NCBI GenBank assembly: GCA_963693365.1
Contig: CAVNZM010000003.1
Coordinates: forward strand, 12,739,252 to 12,803,251
Direction: 5' to 3'
Origin: Amoebidium appalachense
Lineage: Eukaryota > Protista > Ichthyosporea
Length of the DNA: 64,000 nt
Shown piece by piece: positions 1 through 35,141 of this stretch. Numbering within the stretch: position 1 is the stretch's first letter; each line of letters begins with the position of its first letter. A program made the position numbers and the translations under genes. The notes beneath the pieces were generated by a model. It made no database searches. It had not been told where the DNA came from and was given only the letters and a program-made list of their open reading frames with translations.

Positions 1-427
1 GGGGAAGGGGCTAGGCGATGGGAAAGGGACCTCCCCGGGGGAGGGGGGAATGGGGAAATTTCCTAAAGGGCTGAGTTGTCGGTGGGTGGGTGGGTGGTGC
101 TGAGTGTATTGTTGTTGGTGGGCGAGCGGATGCCTGGATGGGTGGGTGTGATGGTGCTGCCCGTCGGGCGGGGGGTGGGGGTCGGGGGAGGGGGGGGGGG
201 GGGGGGGGGGGGGAGGCAGGGGGAGAGAGAAAGAGACAGAGACGGGCGGGGGAGGGGAGAGAGGGGAAGGGGATGGATCTGTTGTGGTGATTGTGGGATG
301 GGCTGAGAGGAGGTGGGAAGATGGGGGAGGGTGGAGAGGGGGGGGGGGGGGGGGGAGGGGGGGGGGGGGAGGGATGATTGTCAAGCACGTAGAGAGTGTG
401 CTGTAGTTTCTGACCTGGGTGTTTCAG

Positions 428-9855
<9,428 letters not shown>

Positions 9856-10572
9856 ACTTTAGGTGTTTTAAAATATCTGTTAAATTTTATGATCTTTTTT
9901 TGGGGTCTAGGTTACTGTTATGTGTGGAAGTGATACAGGGGGGTAAGAGGCTTTTTGGCCTTCTGAGTAGCCTAAAAAGTTGATGTTTTTTAAAGGAGTG
10001 GGAGGTAAGGGTATTCTCCTATCTCTGCCGGAAGAGCATAATTCCTGTGTTTTTCCGCTTGTTTTTCCGACATGGAAAGTGAATTGTATCGTTTAGGATG
10101 CTTCCTCGTGTATATGTTACTCTTGCCTGAAAAGGGGGGGGGGGGGGGGGGGGTAAAATCGGTATACCTGCAATGTAGCTGTTTGGTTCTAACCTGATTG
10201 TGTAGTTCACCACTGCTCTTACTTGATTAGTTCACCACTGCTGTCATGTACATAAATATATTTTTGCTAATCTTACGTATACATCTGTTGTGACACGGGT
10301 AATATATCATTCTTGTTAGCGCTTCACCGGCTAAGTTATGTCCCTCTATAGTATTCATGCTTGTGTTTGGCTTGAAATTTCATTAGTGGTGGTATTTAGC
10401 CAGTACTGAACCAATGCATCTTGAAGCACAGTGCGTTTAACATTGCCTGGCCAGCCCAGGAGATTTATCACAGTTGTTCAGTTTTGCTCTGGCCATGCTA
10501 CCTTTTATGCAGTGTGTGCATGATGTAAATAAATTTTCAGCGATAGATATAACAACACACAACCCCCCCCCC

Positions 10573-10603
<31 letters not shown>

Positions 10604-10644
10604 ACAAACACAAACCACCACGACCACCATCACTAGACACACAT

Positions 10645-10690
<46 letters not shown>

Positions 10691-11111
10691 ACGCACACAC
10701 ACAGGCACACACACACACACACACACATGGCCACCCAAAGAGCACTGCTTAAATAGCAATGATCAAGTATGGCTTGGTGTACATTTAATTACGCGGATCA
10801 TTTATGGCTTGGTGTACATTTAATTACGCGGTTCAACCTTGAAATTTGGGAAATAAATAGAGCCCTGCCTTTTAGTGATACAAAATCTGCAGGTGTTAGT
10901 AGAAGCTCCGTCGTGATTGTATACTATATATAATTTTCTTTAGACCTGTAAGTCAAGGTGACACGTTTTAGATCCTCCGAGGCTTCCCCAACCCCCCCCC
11001 CCCCCCCCCCCCCACCCACCCACCCTCCTTTCTCCTCCCCCCCCCCCCCCCCCCCCCCGGACGTGCACACGCGTATGTACAAAAACCTTTACCCCCTCAT
11101 CGGTATGCTAG

Positions 11112-11220
<109 letters not shown>

Positions 11221-11315
11221 ACCCCCTTCCCCCGGGTTCCTCCGTCAGGCCTGCCAAGCTGCCACACACACACACACACACACACACGGGTTCCTCCGTC
11301 AGGCCTGCCAAGCTG

Positions 11316-11377
<62 letters not shown>

Positions 11378-11858
11378 GTATACTTGGCTTAAAGGCCCTA
11401 TGGCCCCACCGGAGGTGGGGGGTCGGGCTGGGGGGGGAGGGGGGGGAGGGGGGGGGGGGGGAGATTTGACACGAAGCCTTTGTGTTGCAAAAGGTGTTGC
11501 TCGCAATCGCTTATTGATAACACTGGTGTCACGGTTGCAAGTCATCAGTGGCGAGTGCAGTGCCGGAAAAACGGGATGCAGCAGACTGGAAGGGTGGGAG
11601 GTTGAAGGTGTCCCCCGTGGATGGGGTAGGGTGGGGTGAGAAGGGGGGGGGGGGGGGGGGGGGGGGGGAAGTTACAACTAGAAGCTAGAGGGTTGGAAAT
11701 ATGGAGAAGACACCATAGGACATAACACGAGAACAAGTGTCACAGCTTCGGAATAGCTATAACCCAAATTCAACTTCTAAATAATTACTACTATTGAAAA
11801 AACGTGCAGGCAGAAGACAGTGGACCAGAGCACTAATCACCTCATCACCCCGCGGCGC

Positions 11859-11900
<42 letters not shown>

Positions 11901-14145
11901 GCCTATGCCTCCAGAGCCTTCGAAGTGATCACAGAAGAATATGGGGTTCGATCTCTCTCGTGTGGTTCCCAACCCATACCTTCGTAATGGGCAAGTCAAC
12001 CCGTCTTGGCCAAAGATATATATAGGCAGAGTTTTTCAAGGGGTAGGAAGCTAAAAACACAAACCCCCAAATACCTGCAAGCAGAAAAAAAAATCCCAAG
12101 CAGACAAGTACATACAGCAATAGTCGGGCTTCTTGAAAACTCCCCCAAACTGTAGAGAAAGAGGTGGTGGTGGTGGGGAGGGGAGGGGAGGGGGGGGGGG
12201 GGGGGAGAGGATATGTGCAAGTTGAACTCGCATCAAGAGACAAAATAAAGACCCCCCCCCCCCAAAAAAAAAAAAAAAAAAACACGTAAAGGGAAGAGAG
12301 ACAGAGAGGAGGAGGGGGAGGGAGAACTTTCTTTTACAGGAGGGTTTCTCCACGTAATATATGGATTTGAGCCATGCTGGGTGGAACTTCCAACGTGTTC
12401 GAACGAGTGGGTAAGTCCCTGGCAGGGGGGAATACACAAGACCCACTAAAGATGTTTTAAACCAGCATTACTGGTATTTGAGGGAGACTGTGGGTGCAGC
12501 TGAACAGCTACACATGTGCTTGGTTTGTTGTAGCTTTTTTATTTTCATGACCATAGTTACACTGCTTACAGCATGTCTTTCCATATGTTCTTGCCGCAGA
12601 CAGTTACAAGTCACATAAGGTTGCGGAACTACTAGCACTAAACGGATGGCAAAACTAAGAAAAAACGTACAAGCACAGAAAAATGATTCGTGATCACCAT
12701 GCCATGGAAACCATATCTACCATATGAAAGCTAAGTGGACACATGCCCTACTACAACTAGTTCTAGCGCATAAAAGCTAAGCAAGCACAGCACATGTACT
12801 ATCAAAGCTAATCCTACATTACAAAACGGACGGTAGGAACAACTGACGACGACCTCGAGATGTGACGGGCGAAGAACACACTGAAGAGGAAACTCCTGTA
12901 AAAAAGGAACGGAAAAACAAGTCAGCACGTGAAAATCATAGCGACAGTGCGAACATCGTAAAGTTTGGAAAGATAGTAGTGTTAGCTTCAGTTACCACTC
13001 GGTATGATGTAGCGTCAGGAAGCAGCCGGCACCAGCTAGCGGGCGGAAACCGCCCAACCAACAAGCCAAACCGCAGCATCAGACAAATGCCTCGTATCTG
13101 CAATCATAAGCCAACATGGAAAAATATGGAAAAGAAAGGAAAAACGAGGTGTGTGTGTGTGTGAGTGAGTGTGTGTGGTTTGGGGGGGAGGGAAAGGGGA
13201 GGTTTCAGCAAGTGAACGGGGAAAAAAAAATCTCCTGTGAAGTCAAACAGGGGAAGAGATGCTTGAAGGGATTCATAGCAACTCATCAAAAGGATGAACG
13301 ACAACGCGTAGAGAGACGCAGAAGTAAAAGGGGAGGGAGAAAAGAATGGAGGGGGAGAAGAAAGGAGAGTGCTTGGGAGGGTAAGCGTACACACCTACAT
13401 CAAACGCCGGTTGCTACATGTTTTTCGTTTTCTTGCACATGTGGGAAGTATGAAAGGGAGACTGCTTGAGTGAGATGCACGAGGGGGTTATATACCTTCT
13501 CACTCGAGCGCAATCATAAACCAGTTTCTGCAAATACGAATATAAAAAGCTTTTTAAACCATTTTTGAAAAACCTTTTATAAACATAACCATTTTAAAGA
13601 ATCAAGGACCCAAATTGCAAATACTGTATTTATGCTATCCGCTCTTCCCCCAGCCAGTTGTCACGTGTACACAACCCGACCGGATCCGAACAAAAGCGAG
13701 GGAGCGAGGGAGCCTCAGAGAGGGTTCGAGGGATGGCAGAGGGAACACGCATACAGAGACACACCCGCACAGAGACTGAGAGAGAGTTAGAAAGGGAGGA
13801 GGGAAAACGAGAAGGGCGAGAAAGCGAGAGAGGGATGGGGATTGGGGCAAGGGAGGAGAGAGAGGAAAGGGAGTTTGAAGGCTGAGCGAGGGTTTAAAAA
13901 AGAGGGGGGGGATGAGTGAGGAGTGGAGGGAGGGAGGGGGAGGGGAAGCGGGAGGGGAAGAGAGGGAGCGAGTACGGTGAGAGGGGCACAAAGGGAGGGA
14001 CAAAGGGAGGGAAGGAGGGGGGTGGGGAGCAAGAAGAGAGGGGGGAAGAGGGGGGTTAAGAGAAAGGGACAGAGAGAGAGAACTTCTGAGGCGAGCGAGC
14101 GGGAGAGAGGGAGAGAGGGAGAGGGAGGGAGCGAGGGAGGGGGGG

Positions 14146-14278
<133 letters not shown>

Positions 14279-14964
14279 CTCTCTCCAGGGCATGAGACCA
14301 CGATGCACACAAGCATCTTGGATATATTATTTGCCTATTGTTGTCTCGAGCAGTTTCTCACTCCAAAACCTTTTTTTTTTTTTTCTGCCCCTCACCCTCC
14401 TGCATGGTTTCACATGGCCTAGTGGCTTATCAGTAGCAAGGTTTTTATTGTGAAGAAACAAGAATAAAAGAGTGACATGCACTCCTGCGCAACTACAACA
14501 CCCATCCTTGCAGGTGACTTGCACGAGGAACATTGCTGGTTTTGTCTTTCATAAGGCACATTACTGCACCATGTACATACGCAGATTTCTGTACTGAATC
14601 ATTCTATTAAGCTACTATCAGCTTTATCTTTATCAACACTATAGAAGTGTTATTTCGATTATTTCACTATGATTGCCACTACGTTCACGGAAAATAATAA
14701 ACAGTCCGAAACGAAGCAAGAACCGTATCCAGCAAAGGAGGCGAAAAAAACAAACAGAGAGGGTTGCTTCGGGTGCACATCAGTCGGGTGCCAAAGAACA
14801 TATTTCCTCCATGGAAACAAACAACAATGAGCACATCTACCTGTGCATCGGTTGTCCATCCGCACCTTGCCTACCGATCGCTTCACGCTGGTTGTAATCT
14901 CGCTCTCCCTGCAGATACTGCTTCTTTGAAACCAAGGTACCTAAATTTAGACTATCCGGAAGGA

Positions 14965-15966
14965 TTATTGATCTGGACTCAACATGGCATCTGAGTCTCT
15001 TAGCAGCACTCTTACCACCTCTGGCATTTCGAGACTCCTTTGGCATGCAGCCAGAAATTATCTCCTCATTTTCTCATCGGTGTAGTTCAACGCCATTTCT
15101 TCTAGCACTCTTGCTGGTTCAAATTTCCCTCTTCTGGACAGTGCTGTAGATGGGGAGCTTCTGGATGATCATGACGCAAGTGCGGCCATTGCACTTGAAT
15201 AGGTGTTGAATGTAAAACCACTTGTCATCCCAGCAGGTGATGTTGCTCTCGAGGTCGTATTTTGTAAATGGGAGAAGATCCTTACGGCAGCGCGCAAAGT
15301 TTGTTCCAGCAATAGCGGTGTAATCTGGGGGGTGGGGAGGGGGGTTAGGGAACGAAGCTGAGTGGTTACAATAGTGGATGCACGTGAAAGGAAGGGTAAG
15401 GAATGGGAGAAAATGCATTATGGGTGCCTGGGAGAGGGGAAGGGGTTTGCCTGAGCTTGGGAAATGAGGACAGAATAGGGAAGTTCAAACGACCCGGTGC
15501 ACTCAAACCAGTGCTAAGTACTCAAGGCCAACCACGAGGAAACGAGGAAAAAGAGCGGTTTGGTTTCAAACCGGTGTGCCGTGAAATCAAAGCCTTTCAG
15601 TGAAAACAACATGTGCACGAACGTGTGTGTGGTTGAGAATGCCCGCTGCGACCCATGACTTGTCATGATTGGACTGAAGAGGGTACTGGGTATACCCATT
15701 TACTTACGCTTTTTTTATCCAGTAGAAGCGGGCGGAACCCCATTCGGTATAACAAATCGAAGCGGCCCTCATCCGCCTTCTTGAACTAGTATCCATTGTT
15801 CTCAGTGTGCATATTCAGGTCCATGGCATGTGGCCACACCTGTGATGATACGGTGGCGGTGGAAGTGAGGAGTGGGAGTTTCGGTTTTCGACCGGCTGGA
15901 ACTGCTATTAGATATCTAAAGAGATACAACTTAAAGGTCCGGACCTTTGAGGAGTAGGAAGGCCAT
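14965..15966 (-). pseudogene. THEM6-like (thioesterase-like, hotdog fold) pseudogene, 2 exons
   Basis: Exon 1 (15966 to about 15708) reads ...VWPHAMDLNMHTENNGY*FKKADEGRFDLLYRMG, matching the DLDxxxHMNNxxY..aD..R motif. Exon 2 (15324 downward) reads RKDLLPFTKYDLESNITCWDDKWFYIQHLF. There is a frameshift just after the ATG, an in-frame TAG at 15786-15788, a frameshift at about 15121 and a further TAA. Confidence 0.8.
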
Positions 15967-16626
15967 TTGCAGGAGAGTATATGTGCCCATCTTTAACCCT
16001 GCTTGTAGCAAATACGACGCTGTATGGTTTTTTTACGGTCTAAATAAATTACCTCATGATCAAGGCTCTGCTCACGGGGGGTCGTCACTTAAGAATGATG
16101 ACGTCATCAAGGGTAGGGCCATGTTTCCCCGATTGATGCCGAAGTACCGTATGATAGTGAAGTGCATATGTTTGCGACCCTTTTCGTGAGGTTTTCCGGC
16201 AGTGGTAACGCGAAAAAGATAGGTAGTGCCTCTATAGATACTCTCAGCAGCTACCCATTTGTCATGAGCTTGTGCTTTCTGCAGCTAAAAGCCGAAATAC
16301 AGGCAACAACCGCGTGCATCTTGTTTTGCGTTCGGCTGATGAGCGCCCATTGACCAGCGAACTGAGCAGTTCGGCTAACTTACAGACTCACGTTCAAGGA
16401 TAAATAGAGTGATGCTTTGAATACAAAGGCCCGGCGCCACCATCCCTCCTCAGCAACTCTCCCCATTTCGCCCTTTTTCCTTCGGATTCTCTTCTTCACT
16501 AGATCTATTATCCTCCACCTCGAAAGAAGACACCACTACTACCACCACCAGAACGTGTTCCCTTTCTCCCACCTTCCCTCTCTCGACCAACTGAATCACC
16601 ACCACCACCATCATCAATCCCCTTAA

Positions 16627-16666
<40 letters not shown>

Positions 16667-17555
16667 ACCCCACCCCCACCCCCACCCCCGGCCACACACA
16701 AGCACACCTTCCCACCCCCCAAATTTTTACTCCGGATCCACTTTAAAGGTCTACTCAAGCCTTATATACCTAGCTCTGCTCCTTGAAGGAAACCACCGCT
16801 GTTACCACCACCACAACTACACGCTTCCTCCCTTACACCTCCCCTCTAACCCCCGTATCCACTGCGGCACCAGCACTAAAATCACCACCACCCTTCCTCC
16901 CCCTGTCCTCCCCCGTGAACCCTCTTCGGATCCGACATCTCCGACTAGATCTGTTTTCTCATCCCCCCCCCCCCCCCCCCTCCCCCCGCCCTTCCTCTCT
17001 CTTGGCGCCACTTTCTCCGGATCCGCTTCCAGTGGGACACTTGTAAGACATGCAAACACCCAAACAAAAGATGCAGATGATCTCATTCAGAGTAGTTACA
17101 GTGAAGGTGTGCCCTGGGAAACACCTGGCAGGTGTGATTCTAAACGGCAGTCAGTCTCACCAATGTATTCACATTCCGACGTTCCTCTGGCAAGATGGCC
17201 CGGCACATTACGGTATTCTGTACGCTCATGCCCCGCAGGGCAAGCCTACAGTGGGCGTGGCCGATTCAATCAGTCTCCGGGTACACTATGTGAGGCCTTG
17301 TTGACTACCTCCATCGTCACAATAAAAGCACCGTCCGCGTCCTCGCCGGCTATCCCTGCTCCAAGACGGGGAGGCGCTCCAGAAACTTCGTGGCGGAGAT
17401 CCTCAGGGCCAGCCGGGCAGATCTGCCAGCTTGCGCATGCTTAAGCCCTACTGCTTCAAGACTTAGTGTGTTACTGAGGTCTGGCCAGCCAGATATAGGA
17501 AAGCCCAGGGTTGGGAGGATGAGTCGGTGGGTGGGTGGGTGGTGGTGGTGGTGGT

Positions 17556-17594
<39 letters not shown>

Positions 17595-19275
17595 GCTTTG
17601 AAATTCGGCGCCTCCTGTATACTGAGCTTCATACTCTGCCAAAGTTTATCTGCCGAGATCCGCTCCGGTGTGACTAAGTGCCTCACCAGCACGGAGCTGG
17701 AGGGCAAACTTGCACAAAATTCTACATGCCGGCCTCCAAATTCTCTTGGTCGCACCCTCGCGGTTTAGCAAGCCAAGAAACGTCCGAAGACTGCAACATT
17801 AATTACACCATTACTACGTGCAGACGTGACATCTGTTGGAGTTTCGTCTTGCAACGCGCGAGCCGCTCGGGGCCGACCGGTGAGCCGCTAAACAATGATT
17901 GCGTCTAGCTGTTTAGCGTAAATATTGCACAAGTTCTGCGCTAAATCACGGTCTAACGAGGACCGGGGGGGGGATAGAAAGAAAAACTGCTCGTGGGTCA
18001 CTGTTTTTCGTCACTGTATTTGTAACGGGCCGCTCATATTTATATAACTACTTTAATTTAAGTACACGTGTTCATTATCATATACGATGGCCAAATATAG
18101 AAATTTTGGCGTCGAAGTTCTTGGAGCTAAAAAAACGTTTAAAAGGGGGAAATAATAGCTTGGCCCCAAATTTACCTTGCCGTTTTTAGCGAATGTATTT
18201 TTTATTCATGAGTTCTAGTGATTCAGTGAGTGCACGTGCCTGCCTCAGGCTGATCATGACAACTGCAACACACCATTCCTACATGGATATCAACCAAAAG
18301 AAAATAGTATATACTGTGGTGGTCTCCTAAACCTTGTGCGGCATGCGCATACATGATATTACAGTGACGCATGTGCATATTATTGTTCTGTACACCGGAG
18401 TGTGCCGGTGCACGTGGCTGTTTTGTGCACATGTTACAATAGCAGCACGATCTCCCTAAACTCCATGTTTACACATCCCTCACCCTGGCTCTGCCTTGTC
18501 GGTGCTCCAAAACACACATACAAATCCCCCTAGACTCAGTGCCTGCACATGGTCGCATTCACGTGCAGGTCACGTGACACATGCGATGCCATACTGCCGT
18601 CTACAGCAACAACCACGGCAGCATGTATACCGGCCCAGCACGAAATATACTTATCGGCAGCCCACTGAACTCGCCCATTTTCTCTTTTTCATGTATGTCC
18701 CTCCTTTTTTGTAAAATCACCCTTTTTGGCCTCCCGGTAGTGGATTTTGCAGGATTTGACTTCTTTGAGGTCCAAAAACCTCAAATTTTCCCCGGCGGGG
18801 CCGGGGAGGGAGAATTCAAAAATTGCCCGCTCCTGATATGGTACCCGGGCCGCTTATGACCTATTTGATGCCATATAAACCAATCAGCAATGTGCATGAT
18901 ATTTACGCAAATTTTACACTCGTGAAAGTGCACGCGGCTTTAAATTTGGGCGGCGCCGGAAATTCTGCCAGCTTTGAAGAAAGAAAAGAAAAGGAGCGAA
19001 AGCTGAGAGCTTTTTGTAGCTCATAATTGAAGAATTGGTAATTCAATTCTGGCAGTAAATACCTCTTAAACGCTAGGGCTTTATTTCTTGCGTTATGTGT
19101 GGTACTACTATATGCTATCGACCCCCTGCCTAATAGGTTACTCTTTCGAACCCATAACTCTTTCCGACACCACTTTTCTTCAGTAGAAGACTAGTATGTT
19201 ATAGTCTTTTCCTTACGCAAGAGCACCATCAATCGCACCTACGCAAAACATCAGTGCTGAACATCAAAGAATATA

Positions 19276-30066
<10,791 letters not shown>

Positions 30067-31292
30067 CCACTGATTGGTTCCAAGTCACCCCGACAAGGTG
30101 GTAGCCCAAGCTGATTGGTTTACAAAAAGACAGAGCTATCTGATTGGGTGTACATGCATCGGCAAAACCCGATTCGGAAATCGACCTTTTCTTTGTCTAG
30201 ATCTCTGTACAGGCGAATCTCCATCACGGATGTCTGGGGTTCTGTGCGTGTGTCTGAAAGGCGGGGAGTGGCCCAGGGGTTCTGGGGGGGGGGGGGGGGG
30301 GGAGGGGGGGGGAGGGGGGGGGGGGGGGGGGGAGGGGGGGGAAGTTGCCATTGTGTCTGTTCGGGTGCGGGTGTGCGTGTGTGCTCTTTTTTTGTGGGAG
30401 GGGAAGCGGGGGGGAGGGGGGGGGGGGGGGGGCGATTCCCTGCTGGACAGGGAGTGTATGAATTTAGTTGATTGACGGATGCAAAGTATTGCACTGAGTG
30501 TAAACCTAGTAGTGTTCGTCACCTGAATCGTTTCAAGCTTCCTCTGCGGTTTTTTGCAACATACTTCCCCCCCCCCACCCCCCCCCCTGGCCGTGTGCAA
30601 ATTGAGCTACGGGCTCGAGGCCTCATGCCACAGTGCTTTTGGCTTTCAATGGTGTATGAACGGGAGAGTAACCTATGTATGGGCATATATGCTCGTCTCT
30701 GATCATAGCACCATTCGACGCACGGACTCGGAGCCATATGTGATTAACTGTTCGATCACTGCTGCTGAAAATTTGATTCGAAGTGCAGTCACCCAATAAC
30801 AATCCTCCCTTTCTAGCCTAGTTAGGTACGTGAACTTCTCTCTTGCTCGGCCGGTGGATATCGTGTGGTGCTGATGCTTCACAATGCCGTCCTGTCTGCG
30901 GTCACGGAATACCTGCATTCGTGTACGTGCACACGTCTGCCTGTGTATATATTATGCTGAGTGTACACACGTGTCTTGCTGTTAGCCCATTATATATGTG
31001 TGTGCACGCGCACGGTGTACATGTATGAGTGAGTGTGTACCTGTGCGTCTGCCGTGTACAGTTTTGCATGGGCAGTGTTGAGTATACGTATTTGTCACGT
31101 AAAGTAGGTAGGAGTTGAACGTGTGCTGTTACGCGTTGAAACTACTAGTACTGAGGAGGGGGGGGGGGAGGGGGGAGGGAGGAGGGAGGGGTAACCACCC
31201 GTCGCTGGAAGGCAGGGGATGGGGTGGGCAGGCTCCCCGCGGGGCCCCCGGGGGGGAGGGGGGGGGGGGGGGGGGGGGGATGGGGTCTGTGT

Positions 31293-31347
<55 letters not shown>

Positions 31348-31375
31348 GGGTGGAGGCCTAGGGGTCTGTGTGTGT

Positions 31376-31422
<47 letters not shown>

Positions 31423-31433
31423 GGGATGGGGTC

Positions 31434-31464
<31 letters not shown>

Positions 31465-32135
31465 GGGGGGGAGGGTGGAGGCCTAGGGGTCTGTGTGTGT
31501 GTGTGGGGGGGGGGGGGGGGGGGGGGGGGGAGGGGGGTTGATGGTATGGTAAATATGGATGCAATGAGTGGGCTGTTTTGAACAGCTCGTATTTAAAGCT
31601 TTTGAATTGGAATCGTTGAGTAGTGGCTCTGGATCCTCATATGTGAATAAAGATTGTGCGAGCATGGGAGGCCGAAACAAACAGTTTTTTTTTAATGCAC
31701 AAAAAGTTTAAAAACTTTGAAATTAGTTTAGTATTTATATCAGAAGTGGTGTCCCATGGCCAGGCAAACAAGATTCAACTTAGGAACGATGCCACACAGT
31801 GGTACATCAGGAAATACAAAAAATTGTTCAAATTTCAAATTTCGGAATATTTCGCAGGGACCATATGATCGAATACCCTAGGAAACGATTCACAAAAAAA
31901 ATCCGAAAATTTTTGCCACGTTGCCCTGGTGTAACCCCATTTTTTTGAATGGCCAGGTGCCCATGTCGCACGTGCTCGTGTTACAATAATACACTAATCA
32001 CAAACAACACAACATAGCCATATAATGTGTTACTCAAAGTAGCACATACTGCTATTCTTAGGAAAAAAATCTCCCATCCAACACTCAAACTCATTCCAGC
32101 CCATAGAGCCCACCCACTCCTCACTTCCTCGTCAC

Positions 32136-33119
32136 CTACGCCGTTTCCGCGACATCTACCTGACGCATGATCTTTGTCCAATCAACCTTCACAAACCCAT
32201 ACTCGACGGCGATACCGCCGCCAAACTTGATATTTGGCTCCTTATGGAAAATTTCCAAATCCGTACGCTCGGCAATTAAAGAAAAGAACCTGTCCATCTG
32301 CTCCGGAGTGGGCCTGAACTGAACGGGGTTAAGGTGCAACTCGATCTGCATTTGCCTGATTTCTGGCCAATCGTTCTTCTCCAATAGGGGCAAGAGCACG
32401 TCCATCTCATACCCTTCAATGTCGATCTTAAAGATGTCGATGTGCTTGTGCCCCAACTCGTTCATGATCGTCTTTAACGTGCGGTGCGTGACGTTCCCAA
32501 CCGAATCATAATAATCGGCGTCCGAAATAAAATATTGGTGGTATGTGGTGTAGTTTGGCGTGCCGACGGGCACTCCAAAATCGAACGTGTGCATGTCCAC
32601 CTCACCGTTAAAGTATTCGTTCATAGACTCCTCAAAAGAAAAATCATTCCGCGAACCCAGGGAATAAACCACAGCCGGGCGCGGCACCATGTGCGGGTTA
32701 CAAATCCACTTTCCGCCATCCCCCCAATGTCCTAGCCTCATCTCATACGGGCAAGCAAACGTAGGTTCCCAATTATCCTGAAAATAACTCCTCCCCACAC
32801 CTCTGTCTCCCCCCCACGGACCGGGAACAAATGGGGATGTGGGATGGATTTGGTTCTGACGTTGACGTAGAGTGTTTGCCCGTCTGACTTTCCATCCCTC
32901 GGCCGTATCATAGTGGAGACCGTCACCGATTAGACCGTTATTGTTGTTGCCGCCGCCCAAGACGGTGGGGAGAGAAGGAGAGCCGCACTGTTGCTCTGGT
33001 TGGGACCTGCAATGTGCAATAAAAAATTAGTACTCTGGTTAAAGAAAAAAACATATATGAATTGAGTTAGTACTAACTCAATTCGTACGAGTGTTCTTTT
33101 GGGGGGAGAGGGATGAGAT

Positions 33120-33153
<34 letters not shown>

Positions 33154-33886
33154 GGCTGTTTGAATTGCGTATGCAGCAAGAGGTATTTGGAACGAAGTTG
33201 TATGACGAGAATTTTTTTTGGGGGGGATGGGGTTGGGTGGGGGGAGGGGGGGGGGGGGGGGGGGGGATATGGAGCTGCAAGATTTGGTGGACTAGGTGTA
33301 TGGATGTCCTTGTGTGATGGTGTGTGTGTGGGTGTGAACAGTGTGGCGCTTTGGTTGTGTGTGTACCAGTACTGTGTGTGTGATTTTAGGAGTATTTATG
33401 TGTGTCTCCCTCTGTGTGTGTGCTTGTGGGTTTCTGTGTGTGTGTGTTTTAAAAACTGTTTATGTCATGGTGATGTTTGTATGGGTGTGTGTTAGCATGT
33501 TTCATGCTGAGTCTGTGTGTACACGTTCGTGTATGTGGGTGGCACTTGGGGAGGGGGGATGTGGAGAGGTTTTTGGAGGGGGAGGAGTTGGAGGAAGGAG
33601 AAGTGGGTAGCTGTATGATACCAAATACACTATCTTGGGTTATGAATGTTGTAGTAGTGATTTTAGAAACTGCGAAACCGGAAAGTGGGAGATGGGGTGA
33701 GCAGAGGGTTGGTTCGTAGGGAAGGAGAGGGGGAGGGGGGGGGGGGGGGGGGGGGGGGGAGGGGGGGAGGGAGGGGGGGGGGGGGGGATATGTAAAGGGT
33801 GGGTTCAATGGGGGGAAGGGGTGGGGTGGGGTTGGGATGTGGTGGGGGTAAGGTGGGGTTGGGGGTTTGTAAGAGGAGGGGAAGAA

Positions 33887-33923
<37 letters not shown>

Positions 33924-34213
33924 AGAAGATGATAAGCTGAAGAGAGGGAATGAGGAAAGAAAGCTTACCCAATTGCAACATCGTTGGCTGAAGAGTTTGT
34001 TCCGTTTATATTGTTCTGATCCATCATGCCTTGGGTGTTTATGTTGTTTCCCGTCGAGCAAAGCAACGCCAAAACACCCACGGCACCAACTGCTCCCAAG
34101 ACTATCTTCAGTGGCATTATCGCGTTGTGTGGTGTTACGTTTGTTCTGATGTTGTTGAGTTGTGTCATGAGGGAGTCCTTTTCAGGAGCTCCCGCGACAG
34201 CACCGATAGCCAT
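32136..34213 (-). CDS. Type II membrane SAM-dependent methyltransferase (Methyltransf_22/METTL24-like), 2 exons, about 371 aa
   Basis: Exons 34213-33969 and 33006-32136 join in phase 2. N-terminal TM IVLGAVGAVGVLALLC. Motifs WEPTFAC, RLGHWGDGGKWIC, VVYSLGSRNDFSFE, TLKTIMNELGHKHIDIFKIDIEGYE, QMQIELH, FHKEPN. Confidence 0.88.
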
Positions 34214-34949
34214 TTTCTCGTTTTTCTCGTTAGCTTTTTCGGTGTTTTTCACAAAAGGTTCTTTGTTTTTTGTGCGTGTTTGTGGTTTACTACTTCTAAA
34301 GGTTGTCGCTGGTGTTGTCTTGTTCGCTAAATGTTATGTTTGAAGTGAGGATGTGTTGATTTCATATTTTGTGCCGTGCTTCGTACTGAGCTTTGTGTGT
34401 GCTCATGCATGCGTCTTATATGAAACGCGTACTTCCTGCGTTCGAGTTCAACGCATCCGATTGGTTGAAACGGAATCTTCCCCCGAAATCATTCATTTAT
34501 ATCCAATAAGAATATTGATTACTACGCCATATATGGGGAACAATAAATTGATGAGTTGTAAGCCAATCAGATCGCAGTGTAATTTCCAAATTGGGCAAAA
34601 GCAAAAAGCCCAGACACGATCTGACAGCGACACGGTCACACGGATGCGGTCCTTTTTTTGACTCTGCTTATATTATTATGTAGCTCACGCGCTATACTAC
34701 TTCCGGCTATCCATTATAGTATACACTACTGTTTTTTTGATATTACAGGAAAATATACCGCTATGTACAATAGTTTCATCCATCAACAGATGTCACATGC
34801 ATGTAATGTACAAACATTGTCGCAAGGAGGGTACATGCCACTCAGGTGGGCGGACACGTACGGACGTGCACAGTATACAGGTCTTATACAAGCAATCAGG
34901 TGCATAATGTCCCCTCAGTGATCACCCGTGCTACGACCTTGCCTGCCCG

Positions 34950-34997
<48 letters not shown>

Positions 34998-35087
34998 TCC
35001 TTCTCAGGGTGTGGGAAGGGCCCTTGGAAGAAAGAAAGGAGGTGGTCAGTGGTGGTGGTGGTGGTGGGGTGTGTGTGTGTGTGTGCG

Positions 35088-35141
<54 letters not shown>

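Noticed and set aside
17050-17910. Coding-like stretch with short ORFs
   Set aside because: Multiple stops and no family recognised.
33620-33670. Candidate middle exon of the methyltransferase (TTTCGCAG...GTATCA on the minus strand)
   Set aside because: It is phase-incompatible and introduces a stop; exon 1 splices in frame directly to 33006.
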